From: Nitratidesulfovibrio vulgaris str. Hildenborough
GTDB lineage: Bacteria > Desulfobacterota > Desulfovibrionia > Desulfovibrionales > Desulfovibrionaceae
NCBI RefSeq assembly: GCF_000195755.1
Contig: NC_002937.3
Location: 2,460,001-2,492,000 of the forward strand
Reading direction: 5' to 3'
DNA length: 32,000 nt
How positions within the stretch are numbered: the stretch's first letter is position 1; each line of letters begins with the position of its first letter. Under the pieces are notes generated by a model, which was given only the letters and a program-made list of their open reading frames with translations, did no database searches and was not told the origin of the DNA. The translations under genes were made by a program, and so were the position numbers. Positions 1 to 8,563 of this stretch are shown one piece after another.

Positions 1-104
1 GAGATGGCCGCGGTCACGACCTCATGCAGGCGGGCGTCGGTCAGCCCGGCGTCGGTCACGAGGTACAGCCCGTAGTCCACCGCGGCCTTGCGCACCCGTG
101 TCAT
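1..104 (-). CDS. thiE: thiamine-phosphate synthase, N-terminal fragment; the rest lies beyond the window edge
   Basis: The ATG at 104-102 overlaps the thiM stop (ATGA). My translation is MTRVRKAAVDYGLYLVTDAGLTDARLHEVVTAAI, which carries the ThiE-style N-terminal LYLVTD strand. thiM followed directly by thiE is the usual arrangement. Confidence 0.65.
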   Translation of the reverse strand, partial: MTRVRKAAVDYGLYLVTDAGLTDARLHEVVTAAI

Positions 105-904
105 GCGCGCACCACTTCGACCTCGTCGCGCACCGTGACGAGGTCGAGGGAGTGAAGGACGTCGAGAAACGCCACCTGGAACGAACCCGGCCCCTGCGAC
201 CGGCGCGCGGCCAGTGCCCCGGCGGCAGACATGGCCGCCATACCCGTGACGGCCCCTTCCAGCACGTCGGCGGCGACAGCCACATGTGCCGCCACCAGCA
301 CGGTCGCCGTACAGCCCATGCCCGTCACGCGTGGCATCAGCGGACTGCCACCACGCACAAGCCACAGCGCATCGCCATCGGTCACCACGTCCTCGGCACC
401 ACTGACCACGACCACGGCACCATAGCGACGTGCCAGTGCCCGCCCCCCGTCGACGGCCTCGTGCGCGGTGCGTGCACTGTCCACGCCTCGGGTGTCTCCG
501 GCGGCCCCTGCCAGCGCGAGAATCTCCGACCCGTTGCCCCGCACCACGGCCGGACGCACCTTCTCCAGTATCTCCAGTGCCGTGGTCGTGCGCAGACTGC
601 TGGCCCCCGCACCCACAGGGTCGAGTACCACAGGCAACCTGCGTTCGCGCGCGGCCATGCCCGCCAGCATCATGCTTTCCACCCACGGCTTCGTGAGCGT
701 GCCGATGTTCAGGACGAGGGCCGAGGCGATGCCCGCCATCTCGGCCATCTCTTCGGGGGCATGGGCCATGATGGGCGACGCACCGGCGGCCAGCAGCGCA
801 TTGGCCGTGGTGTTCATGACCACGAAGTTGGTGATGCTGTGGATGATGGGCGCACGTTGCCGCACTGCCGCGACGTTCTTCCACACCGTACCTGTCGAAA
901 ACAT
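101..904 (-). CDS. thiM: hydroxyethylthiazole kinase
   Basis: The 267-aa ORF is collinear with E. coli ThiM. Matching motifs are IHSITNFVVMNTTANALLAAGASP, ALVLNIGTL, VVRGNGSEILALAG and GMGCTAT. The start is ATG, preceded by GAGGAGGG. Confidence 0.9.
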   Translation of the reverse strand: MFSTGTVWKNVAAVRQRAPIIHSITNFVVMNTTANALLAAGASPIMAHAPEEMAEMAGIASALVLNIGTLTKPWVESMMLAGMAARERRLPVVLDPVGAGASSLRTTTALEILEKVRPAVVRGNGSEILALAGAAGDTRGVDSARTAHEAVDGGRALARRYGAVVVVSGAEDVVTDGDALWLVRGGSPLMPRVTGMGCTATVLVAAHVAVAADVLEGAVTGMAAMSAAGALAARRSQGPGSFQVAFLDVLHSLDLVTVRDEVEVVRA

Positions 905-1140
905 GGGGTCCCTCCTCAGATGACAATGGCATCATAAAGGATAGCCATGTCGGTTTCCTGCGTCCATATCCTGCGAGGCAGGTCTTGTAGCCCTGTATCA
1001 GACAGACGTCCTGCCGGGCGCCGTCTGCGACAATGGGCGCGGCAACAACAGTCCCTCGTCATGCCCCGTAAGGTGTCGGGCTTCGAACCGCCGAGGCATG
1101 ACGCGGCCCTGCGGCTTCCGGTGAACCAGCGACACGACCA

Positions 1141-1173
1141 GCCTACGGCAAAGGGCCGGGATGAACCCGGCCC
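1141..1173 (-). terminator. candidate intrinsic terminator after the aminotransferase gene
   Basis: A perfect 8-bp stem, GGGCCGGG (1153-1160) with CCCGGCCC (1166-1173), has a 5-nt loop. On the minus strand only UUUG follows. A smaller CCCCGG/CCGGGG hairpin lies at 1198-1213. Confidence 0.4.
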
Positions 1174-1233
1174 TGATCATGCTACGATACCCTTCCGCCC
1201 CGGCAAACCGGGGACGATGCACCGGACGGCATG

Positions 1234-2400
1234 CTAACGCGCAAGCTCTTCGGTGAGGCACGCGCCGAGGCGCGCGATGCCCTCGACGATGTCGTCCTGA
1301 CTGGCGTTGGAGAAGTTGAGGCGGAAGCCGGTGTCGGTGCCGTCCACATAGAACGGACAACCGGGCACGAAGGCCACCTTGCGCTCGATGGCCTTGTGGA
1401 ACAGATGCTCAGAGGTCACGCCTTCGGGCAGACCGCACCACAGGAACATGCCGCCCTCGGGTTCCGTCACGGTGACGCATTCGGGGAAATGCTTGCGGAT
1501 GGCGTCCATCATGCACTGGCGCTGCGCCCCGTAGCGTTTGCGAATCGAGGCGATGTGCTCGTCCACGTCGTTGTCCACGAGGAAGCGATGCAGCAGACGC
1601 TGCGTGAACATGGGGGTATGCAGGTCGCTTGCCTGCTTGGCGGTGACCATGTGCCGCATGAGTTCGGCAGGGGCACAGGCCCACCCGATGCGCAGCCCCG
1701 GCGAGACCACCTTGGAGAACGAACCGAGCAGCACCGAAGGCGACTCGGCCCACTTGCGGATGGGCGCCACCGGCGTACCCATGAAGCGCAGTTCGCCATA
1801 GGGATTGTCCTCGACGAGCATACAGCCCGTCTCGGCCATGATGGCGGCCACTTCGCGGCGGGTCGGCTCATCGTAGGTGATGCCGGAAGGGTTCTGGAAG
1901 CTTGGCACGGCATAGAACAGCCGGGCACCCTTGGCCTCACGGCGCAGGGCCTCGACATCGACGCCGAGGGGCGTGAGGTCTACGGTACGGAATTGCGCGC
2001 CGTAGAACGAAAAACACTGGATGGCACCGAGATAGCCCGGACGTTCGATGACCACGGGCGCGCCGCGGTCGATGGTGGTCTTGGCCACGAGGTCGAGCGC
2101 CTGCTGCGAACCGGTGGTGATCAGAATCTCATCGGGGGACACTTCGATGCCCTGCCGTGCATAACGGGCGGAAATCCACTCGCGCAGGGGCAGGTAGCCC
2201 TCGGTGGTGCTGTACTGCAGGGCCTCGCTTCCGCTTTCGGCCAGTACCGCGGCTGCGGCCTCTGCCACGCCCTGCACCGGGAACGAATCGGGATGCGGCA
2301 ACCCGCCCGCGAACGAGATGATGTCGGGACGCGCCGTGACCTTGAGAATCTCGCGGATATAGGACCGCTGCACGTTATCCATGCGTTTCGCTATCTGCAT
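1234..2400 (-). CDS. PLP-dependent aminotransferase, class I/II (AspC / 2-aminoadipate aminotransferase-like)
   Basis: I trimmed ORF 1234..2889 to the ATG at 2400, which is preceded by GGAGGAG; the upstream part overlaps lpxI in another frame. The product is 388 aa starting MQIAKRMDNVQRSYIREIL. It has the SFSK PLP-lysine motif in LGSFSKVVSPGLRIGW and the NPSG motif. Confidence 0.85.
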   Translation of the reverse strand: MQIAKRMDNVQRSYIREILKVTARPDIISFAGGLPHPDSFPVQGVAEAAAAVLAESGSEALQYSTTEGYLPLREWISARYARQGIEVSPDEILITTGSQQALDLVAKTTIDRGAPVVIERPGYLGAIQCFSFYGAQFRTVDLTPLGVDVEALRREAKGARLFYAVPSFQNPSGITYDEPTRREVAAIMAETGCMLVEDNPYGELRFMGTPVAPIRKWAESPSVLLGSFSKVVSPGLRIGWACAPAELMRHMVTAKQASDLHTPMFTQRLLHRFLVDNDVDEHIASIRKRYGAQRQCMMDAIRKHFPECVTVTEPEGGMFLWCGLPEGVTSEHLFHKAIERKVAFVPGCPFYVDGTDTGFRLNFSNASQDDIVEGIARLGACLTEELAR

Positions 2401-2434
2401 GGCTCCTCCTTCGGGGTCCTGCCCGCGATGGTGT

Positions 2435-3271
2435 TCAGGGACGGGCCGCTTCCGCCGCCATGAAGTCCTCCGGCAAGGCCACGATGGCGATGCCGTGCCT
2501 CTCTGCCAGCGCGAGGCTCTCGTCCCTGTCGAAAAACAACGTCTTGTGTGCCTGCAAGGCAAGACATGAATACCCGTACTCCGCCAGTACGCCGATGGTG
2601 CCGGTGCCAAGGGCGGGCAGGTCGATACGTTCGTCCTGACCGGGCTTGACGAGCTTGATGGCAACGCATCCCGCCCCGCCGAGTTCACCGCCGCGACGCA
2701 AGGCGGCGTCTGTGCCCTCGGGGCCTTCGACAGCCATGACGATACCCCGCTTGACCACGATGCACTGACCGATGTCGAGCCTGCCCATGGTGCGGGCCAC
2801 TGGCCAGCCGAAGCGGATGTCATCCCACTCTTCGTCACCGGGCTGCCGCCGGGTGAGCACGCCCTCGGGGGCTCGCAGTCCCGGCACAAGTTCCGCGGCC
2901 TGCATCACCTTGAAACCATCCGATTCGAGCTCTTCGATGACGGCACGCAACAGGGCGTCATCGCCCTTGCCGCGCAGCCTGAAGAGCACGCGTGCGGCTC
3001 GCAGGTCGGGTCTCAGGTCGAGCGCGCGGGGCTTGTCGATGGCCCCGGCGAAGCAGAGGCGCGAGGCGCCCTGCCCGTGGAAGAACTCCGAGAGTCGCCC
3101 GAACTGTCCCAGATGGATGAGCGAGAACGCATCGCAGGCCTCCGCCAGAGAGGGGTCGGTATGACCGTGAAAGCCGCATATGGCGACACGCAGTCCGGCG
3201 CGGCGCGCCTCGCGTGCCACCAGCGCAGGGAACTGCCCCCGCCCGGCGATGATGCCCATGCTCTCGCTCAT
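2435..3271 (-). CDS. lpxI: UDP-2,3-diacylglucosamine pyrophosphatase LpxI (DUF1009 family)
   Basis: The 278-aa product has an N-terminal GIIAGRGQFP motif, C-terminal DIGQCIVV and RIDLPALGTGTI motifs, and a lipid A gene context. Confidence 0.8.
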   Translation of the reverse strand: MSESMGIIAGRGQFPALVAREARRAGLRVAICGFHGHTDPSLAEACDAFSLIHLGQFGRLSEFFHGQGASRLCFAGAIDKPRALDLRPDLRAARVLFRLRGKGDDALLRAVIEELESDGFKVMQAAELVPGLRAPEGVLTRRQPGDEEWDDIRFGWPVARTMGRLDIGQCIVVKRGIVMAVEGPEGTDAALRRGGELGGAGCVAIKLVKPGQDERIDLPALGTGTIGVLAEYGYSCLALQAHKTLFFDRDESLALAERHGIAIVALPEDFMAAEAARP

Positions 3272-3414
3272 GTAGCCGTCCTTGTATTGCCCGCCCCGGC
3301 GACCGACCGTCCATGCCCACAGGACATGCGGTCGAAGCTGGCGGCCTTCTGTATTCCATCACGTCATCGGGCAGATGCCCTGTTCCGGTCACTGGCGATG
3401 ACACATGCTGCATG

Positions 3415-3446
3415 AAAAAGGGGAAAGGGCCACGGCCTCTTTCCCC
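3415..3446 (-). terminator. intrinsic terminator after lpxA
   Basis: The minus strand reads GGGGAAAGAGGCC-GU-GGCCCUUUCCCC, a roughly 12-bp stem with one bulge, followed by UUUUUCAUG. It lies about 25 nt past the lpxA stop. Confidence 0.7.
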
Positions 3447-3470
3447 TCTGCATTGCGTTCTGGCCCGTGC

Positions 3471-4274
3471 CTACGCGTCTTGCTGCCCTCGGTTGGCAGA
3501 GAGGATGCCACGCTCGCTGCCCCTGATGAAGGCTACGAGGTCGAGAATCTCGGGGAAGTTGCCGAACTCGTATTCGAGTTGTTCCAGCGCTTCCTTACGA
3601 GGGGTCTCGGATAGCCATATCAGCCTGAAGGCGTTCTTGAGGGCGGCGATAAGCTCGCGCGAGGCGTGCATGCGACGCAGTCCCACGAGGTTGGGGCCGT
3701 GCACGGCGGCACGGCTGCCCACGGCAAGCATGAAGGGGGGCAGGTCTTGCGGCAGACCGCTCATGCCCGCCACGAAGGAATGCTGCCCGAGGCGCGTGAA
3801 CTGATGGACGGCGGAAAGGCCCGAGATGATGACGAAGTCACCGACGGTGACATGCCCCGCCAGCGTGGCGTTGTTGGACATCACCACGTTGTTGCCCACG
3901 ACGCAGTCGTGCGCCACATGGGTGTAGGCCATGAAAAGGTTGTTGTCGCCGATGCGTGTGCAGCCTCCGCCCCCTTCGGTTCCCCTGTGCAGGGTCGAGA
4001 ATTCGCGGATGTTGTTGCCGTTGCCGATTTCCAGCCACGACACTTCACCGGCGTACTTGAGGTCTTGCGGTTCGCCGCCGACACAGGCGTAGGAATGCAC
4101 ATGGTTGTCGCTGCCCATCCGGGTGTAGCGCTTCACGGTAGCGAAAGCGTCAAGCCGGGTGCGGTCACCGATGACCACATCCTCTTCGACGACCGCGCAC
4201 GGGCCGATGACGACTCCTTCGCCAAGCTGTGCCGAGGGATGGACGAACGCAGAAGGATGCACCTGCGCAGACAT
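3471..4274 (-). CDS. lpxA: UDP-N-acetylglucosamine O-acyltransferase
   Basis: I trimmed ORF 3471..4364 to the ATG at 4274, which overlaps the fabZ stop (ATGA). The product starts MSAQVHPSAFVHPSAQLGEGVVIGPCAVV and has hexapeptide-repeat LbH and LpxA C-terminal helical regions. Confidence 0.9.
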   Translation of the reverse strand: MSAQVHPSAFVHPSAQLGEGVVIGPCAVVEEDVVIGDRTRLDAFATVKRYTRMGSDNHVHSYACVGGEPQDLKYAGEVSWLEIGNGNNIREFSTLHRGTEGGGGCTRIGDNNLFMAYTHVAHDCVVGNNVVMSNNATLAGHVTVGDFVIISGLSAVHQFTRLGQHSFVAGMSGLPQDLPPFMLAVGSRAAVHGPNLVGLRRMHASRELIAALKNAFRLIWLSETPRKEALEQLEYEFGNFPEILDLVAFIRGSERGILSANRGQQDA

Positions 4275-4738
4275 CACATGTCCTCCCTGTTGGTCACGGC
4301 GGCGGTCATCACGGCTTCGGCGGCAAGTTTGCCGTCGACGTAGGCACGCCCTTCCATCTTCCACAGCTTGAGCTTGTGCTTGAGCAGGCGGCAGTGCAAT
4401 TCCAGCTTGTCGCCGGGGTAGACCGGCTTGCGGAAACGCACCGACTCGATGCCCGTGAAGAGAAAGAGCTTGTCCTCGACGGCTGTGTCGGTGCTCTTGA
4501 CCACGAGAATGCCACCGGCCTGTGCCAACGCTTCCATGATGAGCACACCGGGCATGACGGGCACGCCGGGGAAATGCCCCTGAAAGAAGGGCTCGTTCAT
4601 GGTGACGTTCTTGTAGGCCTTGATGTAGTCGCCCGGAACGTATTCGACCACACGGTCGACGAGCAGGAAGGGATAACGGTGGGGCAACAGCCCCAGTATC
4701 TGACGGATATCAAGAATGCTCTGCGCCGGGTCGATCAT
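4274..4738 (-). CDS. fabZ: 3-hydroxyacyl-ACP dehydratase
   Basis: The product has LLPHRYPFLLVDRV and NEPFFQGHFPGVPVMPGVLIMEALAQ, near-identical in pattern to E. coli FabZ. The ATG at 4738 overlaps the lpxD TGA by 1 nt. The ORF-track start at 4741 is a GTG one codon upstream. Confidence 0.92.
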   Translation of the reverse strand: MIDPAQSILDIRQILGLLPHRYPFLLVDRVVEYVPGDYIKAYKNVTMNEPFFQGHFPGVPVMPGVLIMEALAQAGGILVVKSTDTAVEDKLFLFTGIESVRFRKPVYPGDKLELHCRLLKHKLKLWKMEGRAYVDGKLAAEAVMTAAVTNREDM

Positions 4739-5772
4739 CACTGTTCCTCGGAAAGGCTCTTTTTGAGTTCGGCGAGCTCCTTTTCGAGCTTGCCGAGCCT
4801 CTTGTACATGTCGGGGAGCTTGGGCATGACCGTAAGCGTACGCATGTAGGTGGACTTGTCCACGGCGGGCGCTCCGCCCACGGTCTCTCCTGCGGGGATG
4901 TCCTTGGCGACACCCGACTTGGGCCCGATGGTCACACCGCTCCCGATGGAGAGGTGCCCCGCCACGCCCACCTGCCCGGCCATGGTCACGTCATCGCCCA
5001 CCTTGGTGCTGCCGGAGATGCCCACCTGCGAGACGATGAGACAGTTGCGCCCCATCTCCACATTGTGGCCCAGCATGACAAGGTTGTCGATCTTGGTGCC
5101 GTCTCCGACGGTGGTCACACCAAGCACGGAACGGTCGATGGTCGTATTGGCGCCGATTTCAACGTCGCTGCCGATGCGGACGGTGCCGACCTGCGGAATC
5201 TTCTGGATACCGAACTCGGTGCGGGCGAAGCCGAACCCGTCGGCCCCCAGCACGACACCGGCATGGAGGATGCAATCGTCGCCGATTTCGACACCGGCCA
5301 TGAGCACCACGTTGGGGTACAGGGTGCAGCCCCCTCCCACCACGCAGTCCTCGCCGATGTAGCAACCGGGAAAAAGAACGGTCCCCGCCCCGATGCGAGC
5401 ACGGGGACCGATGTATACATGCGGATAGACGGCGCACCCTTCACCGACGACGGCTTCGGGGTGGACGACAGCCTGTTCGCTGACACCTTCAAAACTGCCC
5501 TGCTTGCGTGCGAAGAGGGCCAGAGTGCGACCGAAATCGAAATAGGGATTCGCACTCACGAGGGCTACGGCCACATCCTGCGCGTGTTCGGCGGCGACGA
5601 TGACGGCCCCGGCACGCGTGGTGGACAGTTGCCCCATATAACGCGGATTGGCCAGAAAACTGATCTCGTCGGGCCCTGCGGCCTCCAGCGTGTTCACACC
5701 GGAGACCTCGCGGTCTTCCCCGCGCAGTTCAAGCCCCAGCAGCCCGGCGATCTCGGAGAGTCTTCTGACCAT
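4738..5772 (-). CDS. lpxD: UDP-3-O-acylglucosamine N-acyltransferase
   Basis: The 344-aa product has an LpxD N-terminal domain ([21 protein letters not shown]), a long hexapeptide-repeat region and a C-terminal coiled helix. Confidence 0.92.
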   Translation of the reverse strand: MVRRLSEIAGLLGLELRGEDREVSGVNTLEAAGPDEISFLANPRYMGQLSTTRAGAVIVAAEHAQDVAVALVSANPYFDFGRTLALFARKQGSFEGVSEQAVVHPEAVVGEGCAVYPHVYIGPRARIGAGTVLFPGCYIGEDCVVGGGCTLYPNVVLMAGVEIGDDCILHAGVVLGADGFGFARTEFGIQKIPQVGTVRIGSDVEIGANTTIDRSVLGVTTVGDGTKIDNLVMLGHNVEMGRNCLIVSQVGISGSTKVGDDVTMAGQVGVAGHLSIGSGVTIGPKSGVAKDIPAGETVGGAPAVDKSTYMRTLTVMPKLPDMYKRLGKLEKELAELKKSLSEEQ

Positions 5773-5782
5773 CTCGCACCCG

Positions 5783-6310
5783 CTATTTCTTGCCAGCGTG
5801 CCAGACGCGGTTGACTTCGATGAGCATGTCGTCGGTCACGTCGAGGCTCTTGTCGGCGTGGATGACACCGGCAGCGGCACCGTCGAGGATGACGGTGAAG
5901 CCCTTCTTGGCAGCGTAGTCGCTGGCGGCCTTCATGATCATCTCGGCCATGTCCTGACGGATACGCATCTGGGCTGCTTCGACCTTGCGGGCGAACACGC
6001 GGGCCTTGTCCTCGAAGTCGCGCTTCAGGCGGATGAACTCGACCTTCTTGTCCTCCTTGGCTTCGGGGGACAGCGCGGCGGACTGGGCCTTCATCTCGTC
6101 GGCGCGCTTCTTGAGGTCGGCGGCCTGCTTGTCGAGCTGGTCCTTCTCCGGGCCGAAGGTGGCCTTCATCTTCTTCTGGGCTTCCTGCGCGGCTTCGCAC
6201 TGGGTGGCCAGCTTCTGCATGTTGACGATACCGACCTTGAGGTCGGCGGCCATGGCGGTGGATGCGGCCATGAGGAAGGCAGCCACGGCAAAGACAAGAA
6301 TCTTACGCAT
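5783..6310 (-). CDS. skp: periplasmic chaperone Skp/OmpH
   Basis: I trimmed ORF 5783..6436 to the ATG at 6310, with GGAG 7 nt upstream. The product has a signal peptide ([21 protein letters not shown]) and a Lys/Glu/Ala-rich coiled-coil body. It sits in the conserved position upstream of lpxD. Confidence 0.85.
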   Translation of the reverse strand: MRKILVFAVAAFLMAASTAMAADLKVGIVNMQKLATQCEAAQEAQKKMKATFGPEKDQLDKQAADLKKRADEMKAQSAALSPEAKEDKKVEFIRLKRDFEDKARVFARKVEAAQMRIRQDMAEMIMKAASDYAAKKGFTVILDGAAAGVIHADKSLDVTDDMLIEVNRVWHAGKK

Positions 6311-6341
6311 TACAGCGCTCCTTGGGAGGTGGATAGATACC

Positions 6342-6362
6342 GGCCCGGCAGCGGGCCTTTTT
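6342..6362 (+). terminator. terminator-like hairpin oriented antisense to the flanking genes
   Basis: GGCCCG (6342-6347), a gcag loop and CGGGCC (6352-6357) are followed by TTTTT, but only on the plus strand. It lies between the amidase stop and the skp start, both on the minus strand. Confidence 0.35.
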
Positions 6363-6460
6363 CGCATACATGCATCATAGCGCGCCCGAGGCGCAAACGC
6401 CACGCTTTCACGGGGGTTCCGGTCAGATAGCGCCATGCCCGAACCCCGTCAAGCGGCTAA

Positions 6461-8167
6461 TCAACGCGATGCGTACCCTTCAAGTTTCCGTTTGTAGCGC
6501 ATCAGCCCGTCGACAATGGCATCAGCGAGCGCACGCCTGTATTTCGAGCTGGCCAGAAGTCTGGCCTCGGCCTTGTTGGTGCAGTATCCCACTTCCACGA
6601 GAACCGCAGGCATCCGTGCCCCCATCAGGACATAGAAGGGAGCCGAGCGGACGCCATTACCGTGCGGGGCACCGCCGTACGACGCGAGCCTCTTCGTCAT
6701 CGAGCTCTGCACCATACCCGCAACATCACGCGATTCTTGTGTCTTTGCGCTCAGCATGAGGTCGGTGAGGATATATTGGAGATCGCTCAGGTTCTTCTCA
6801 CTCACGGAGTTCTCTCGCGAGGCGACCTTGGCTGCGCTGCTGGTGCTGGCGAGGTCGAGGTAGTAGGTCTCGACCCCGGAGATGGAACTGTCTGTATTGG
6901 CGTTGACGTGCAGCGAGACGAAAAGGTCCGCCTTGCTGTTGTTGGCCATCTGGGTACGGTCGTCAAGCGGGATGAACACGTCGCGCTGCCGCGTGTAGAG
7001 CACCTTGAAACCCGCCGCGCGCAACCGTTCACCTACCAGTTTGGCCATGGCGAGCGTCACTTCCCGCTCGACGATGCCGTTGGCCATGGCCCCGGGGTCC
7101 TTGCCGCCATGCCCCGCGTCGATCATGATCGTCTTGACGCCAAGCCCCAGCTGTTCTGCGATATCCTTGGGCTTGCCCTGCGGCTTGCGCACCGACACCC
7201 CCGCCTCTGCGGAAGTGCCTTCGGGCAGCCCCTTGGTAGAGCGTGTTGCCTTGGCGACGATACGGTAGGGTCGACCGGCGATGGCATCGACATCGTACCG
7301 CTCCACGTCACTATAATCGATGATGATACGCGTACGGCCCTTGACGGAGAGGTCGACCCTCACACGGGAGAGCACCTTGCCGGATATGCGTGCGCCGGGA
7401 CGGACCTTCTCGTCAGCCCGTGCACCGTCGACATCGATGATGAGACGCGAAGCCCGACCTGTGCGCTCATCGCCGGGCACGAACTGATGCGACCAGCGTG
7501 CCTCACGATCAAGCTCAATGACCACCTGGGCGTCGTTGCCGGACACTTTCCACGACACCTGCCGCAACACGGCAAGGGCATCGCCATCTTTCGAGGAGCC
7601 TGACGTCGTATCGTTTGCCGCCGGGGCGGCAGGCTGGCGTGCCTCGGACTTGCCTCCGGAGAGCATCGCACGGGCGGCGTCCGCCATATCGCCCTTGGGG
7701 AATTCGCGAAGCTGGCGTTCAAGAATCTTGCGCGCAGCAGAAGCATCATCGAGACGTTCCATGCACAGCTTCGCCGCGGCGAAGAGCGCATCATCGGCAA
7801 GCGCGCTGCGGGGATAGCGACGCGCCACCTCTTCATACCGGTCGACAGCCGCCTTGAAATCAGCAGGGTTCATCGAACGTCTGGCAAGCCCCTCACGCGT
7901 GAGCGCAACCCGGTAGAGGGCAGCGGGCGCATTGGCCCACCCCTTGGCATCCTTGTGGATGCCGACGAAGAGTCGCTCGACCTTCTCCCACTCATGCCGC
8001 AGCCCCGCACGCCGGGCGTCCTTCTCGAGGGCCTCAAGCTCTTCCTTGGCGTTCTCATAACGCGCTTCGAGCGTAGACGCACGGGCAGCCAAGGCGCTAC
8101 CGCCCATGCCGAGGAAGGTCACCAGAGACAACAGCAGGACAATGAGTGGAAGGCGTATGGAATGCAT
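6461..8167 (-). CDS. N-acetylmuramoyl-L-alanine amidase (AmiC-like) with N-terminal TPR/YbgF-like and AMIN domains
   Basis: The 568-aa product has a signal peptide and TPR-like helices (RYEEVARRYPRSALADDALFAAAK). An AMIN-like segment follows (RLIIDVDGAR ... TRIIIDY). The Amidase_3 motifs are IMIDAGHGGKDPGA, DLFVSLHVNA and GVETYY. Confidence 0.88.
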   Translation of the reverse strand: MHSIRLPLIVLLLSLVTFLGMGGSALAARASTLEARYENAKEELEALEKDARRAGLRHEWEKVERLFVGIHKDAKGWANAPAALYRVALTREGLARRSMNPADFKAAVDRYEEVARRYPRSALADDALFAAAKLCMERLDDASAARKILERQLREFPKGDMADAARAMLSGGKSEARQPAAPAANDTTSGSSKDGDALAVLRQVSWKVSGNDAQVVIELDREARWSHQFVPGDERTGRASRLIIDVDGARADEKVRPGARISGKVLSRVRVDLSVKGRTRIIIDYSDVERYDVDAIAGRPYRIVAKATRSTKGLPEGTSAEAGVSVRKPQGKPKDIAEQLGLGVKTIMIDAGHGGKDPGAMANGIVEREVTLAMAKLVGERLRAAGFKVLYTRQRDVFIPLDDRTQMANNSKADLFVSLHVNANTDSSISGVETYYLDLASTSSAAKVASRENSVSEKNLSDLQYILTDLMLSAKTQESRDVAGMVQSSMTKRLASYGGAPHGNGVRSAPFYVLMGARMPAVLVEVGYCTNKAEARLLASSKYRRALADAIVDGLMRYKRKLEGYASR

Positions 8168-8512
8168 TCTTCTCGCGGTAGGGTTGAAGGCAAAGGGGAT
8201 GATGTGTGCGCGGCAACAACGTTACCCTGCCGCAGACGCGCCAGACTACTCCATGAAGCACGCGACGGCAAGCGGCGTTGTCCCGTGTCAATGACAGAGG
8301 CGTGGTCTGCTTCGCACAGCCTTCAATCACGCCCCGGAATACGGGACAGTCTGCCATCTGGGCGGCGTAGGTGCCGTCGGCTTTCGTGGGCATGGTGCGG
8401 GCTGGACTCGTCGCCACCGGAAGAGCATCGACGATGCGAGGACAAGGCAGGAGGTCGTTCACGCCAAGGCAGCCCGTCTGCTCCCTTCACTCCGGTCCCG
8501 ACCCCACGGGCG

Positions 8513-8549
8513 ACAAATGAAAGGGGGCGCGGTTCACACCGCGCCCCCC
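8513..8549 (-). terminator. intrinsic terminator after bamA
   Basis: A perfect 10-bp GC stem, GGGGGCGCGG (8523-8532) with CCGCGCCCCC (8539-8548), has a 6-nt loop. The minus strand continues UUUCAUUUG. It lies 15 nt past the bamA TAG. Confidence 0.8.
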
Positions 8550-8563
8550 TTTCTCACATCCTG

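Noticed and set aside
947-1237. A 96-aa plus-strand ORF in the thiM leader region.
   Set aside because: The product is Arg/Pro-rich with no SD and no motif. It overlaps hairpins better explained as a terminator or leader on the minus strand.
1231-2463. A 410-aa plus-strand ORF.
   Set aside because: It is an antisense shadow of the aminotransferase gene and has no motifs.
1234-2889. N-terminal extensions of several track ORFs (1234-2889, 3471-4364, 5783-6436, 11235-12128, 19771-21036, 20877-22397, 25011-27029).
   Set aside because: The extended parts overlap the upstream gene in another frame and lack homology. Internal ATGs with GGAG-type SDs or ATGA stop-start overlaps give products that begin where homologues begin, so I trimmed the starts accordingly.
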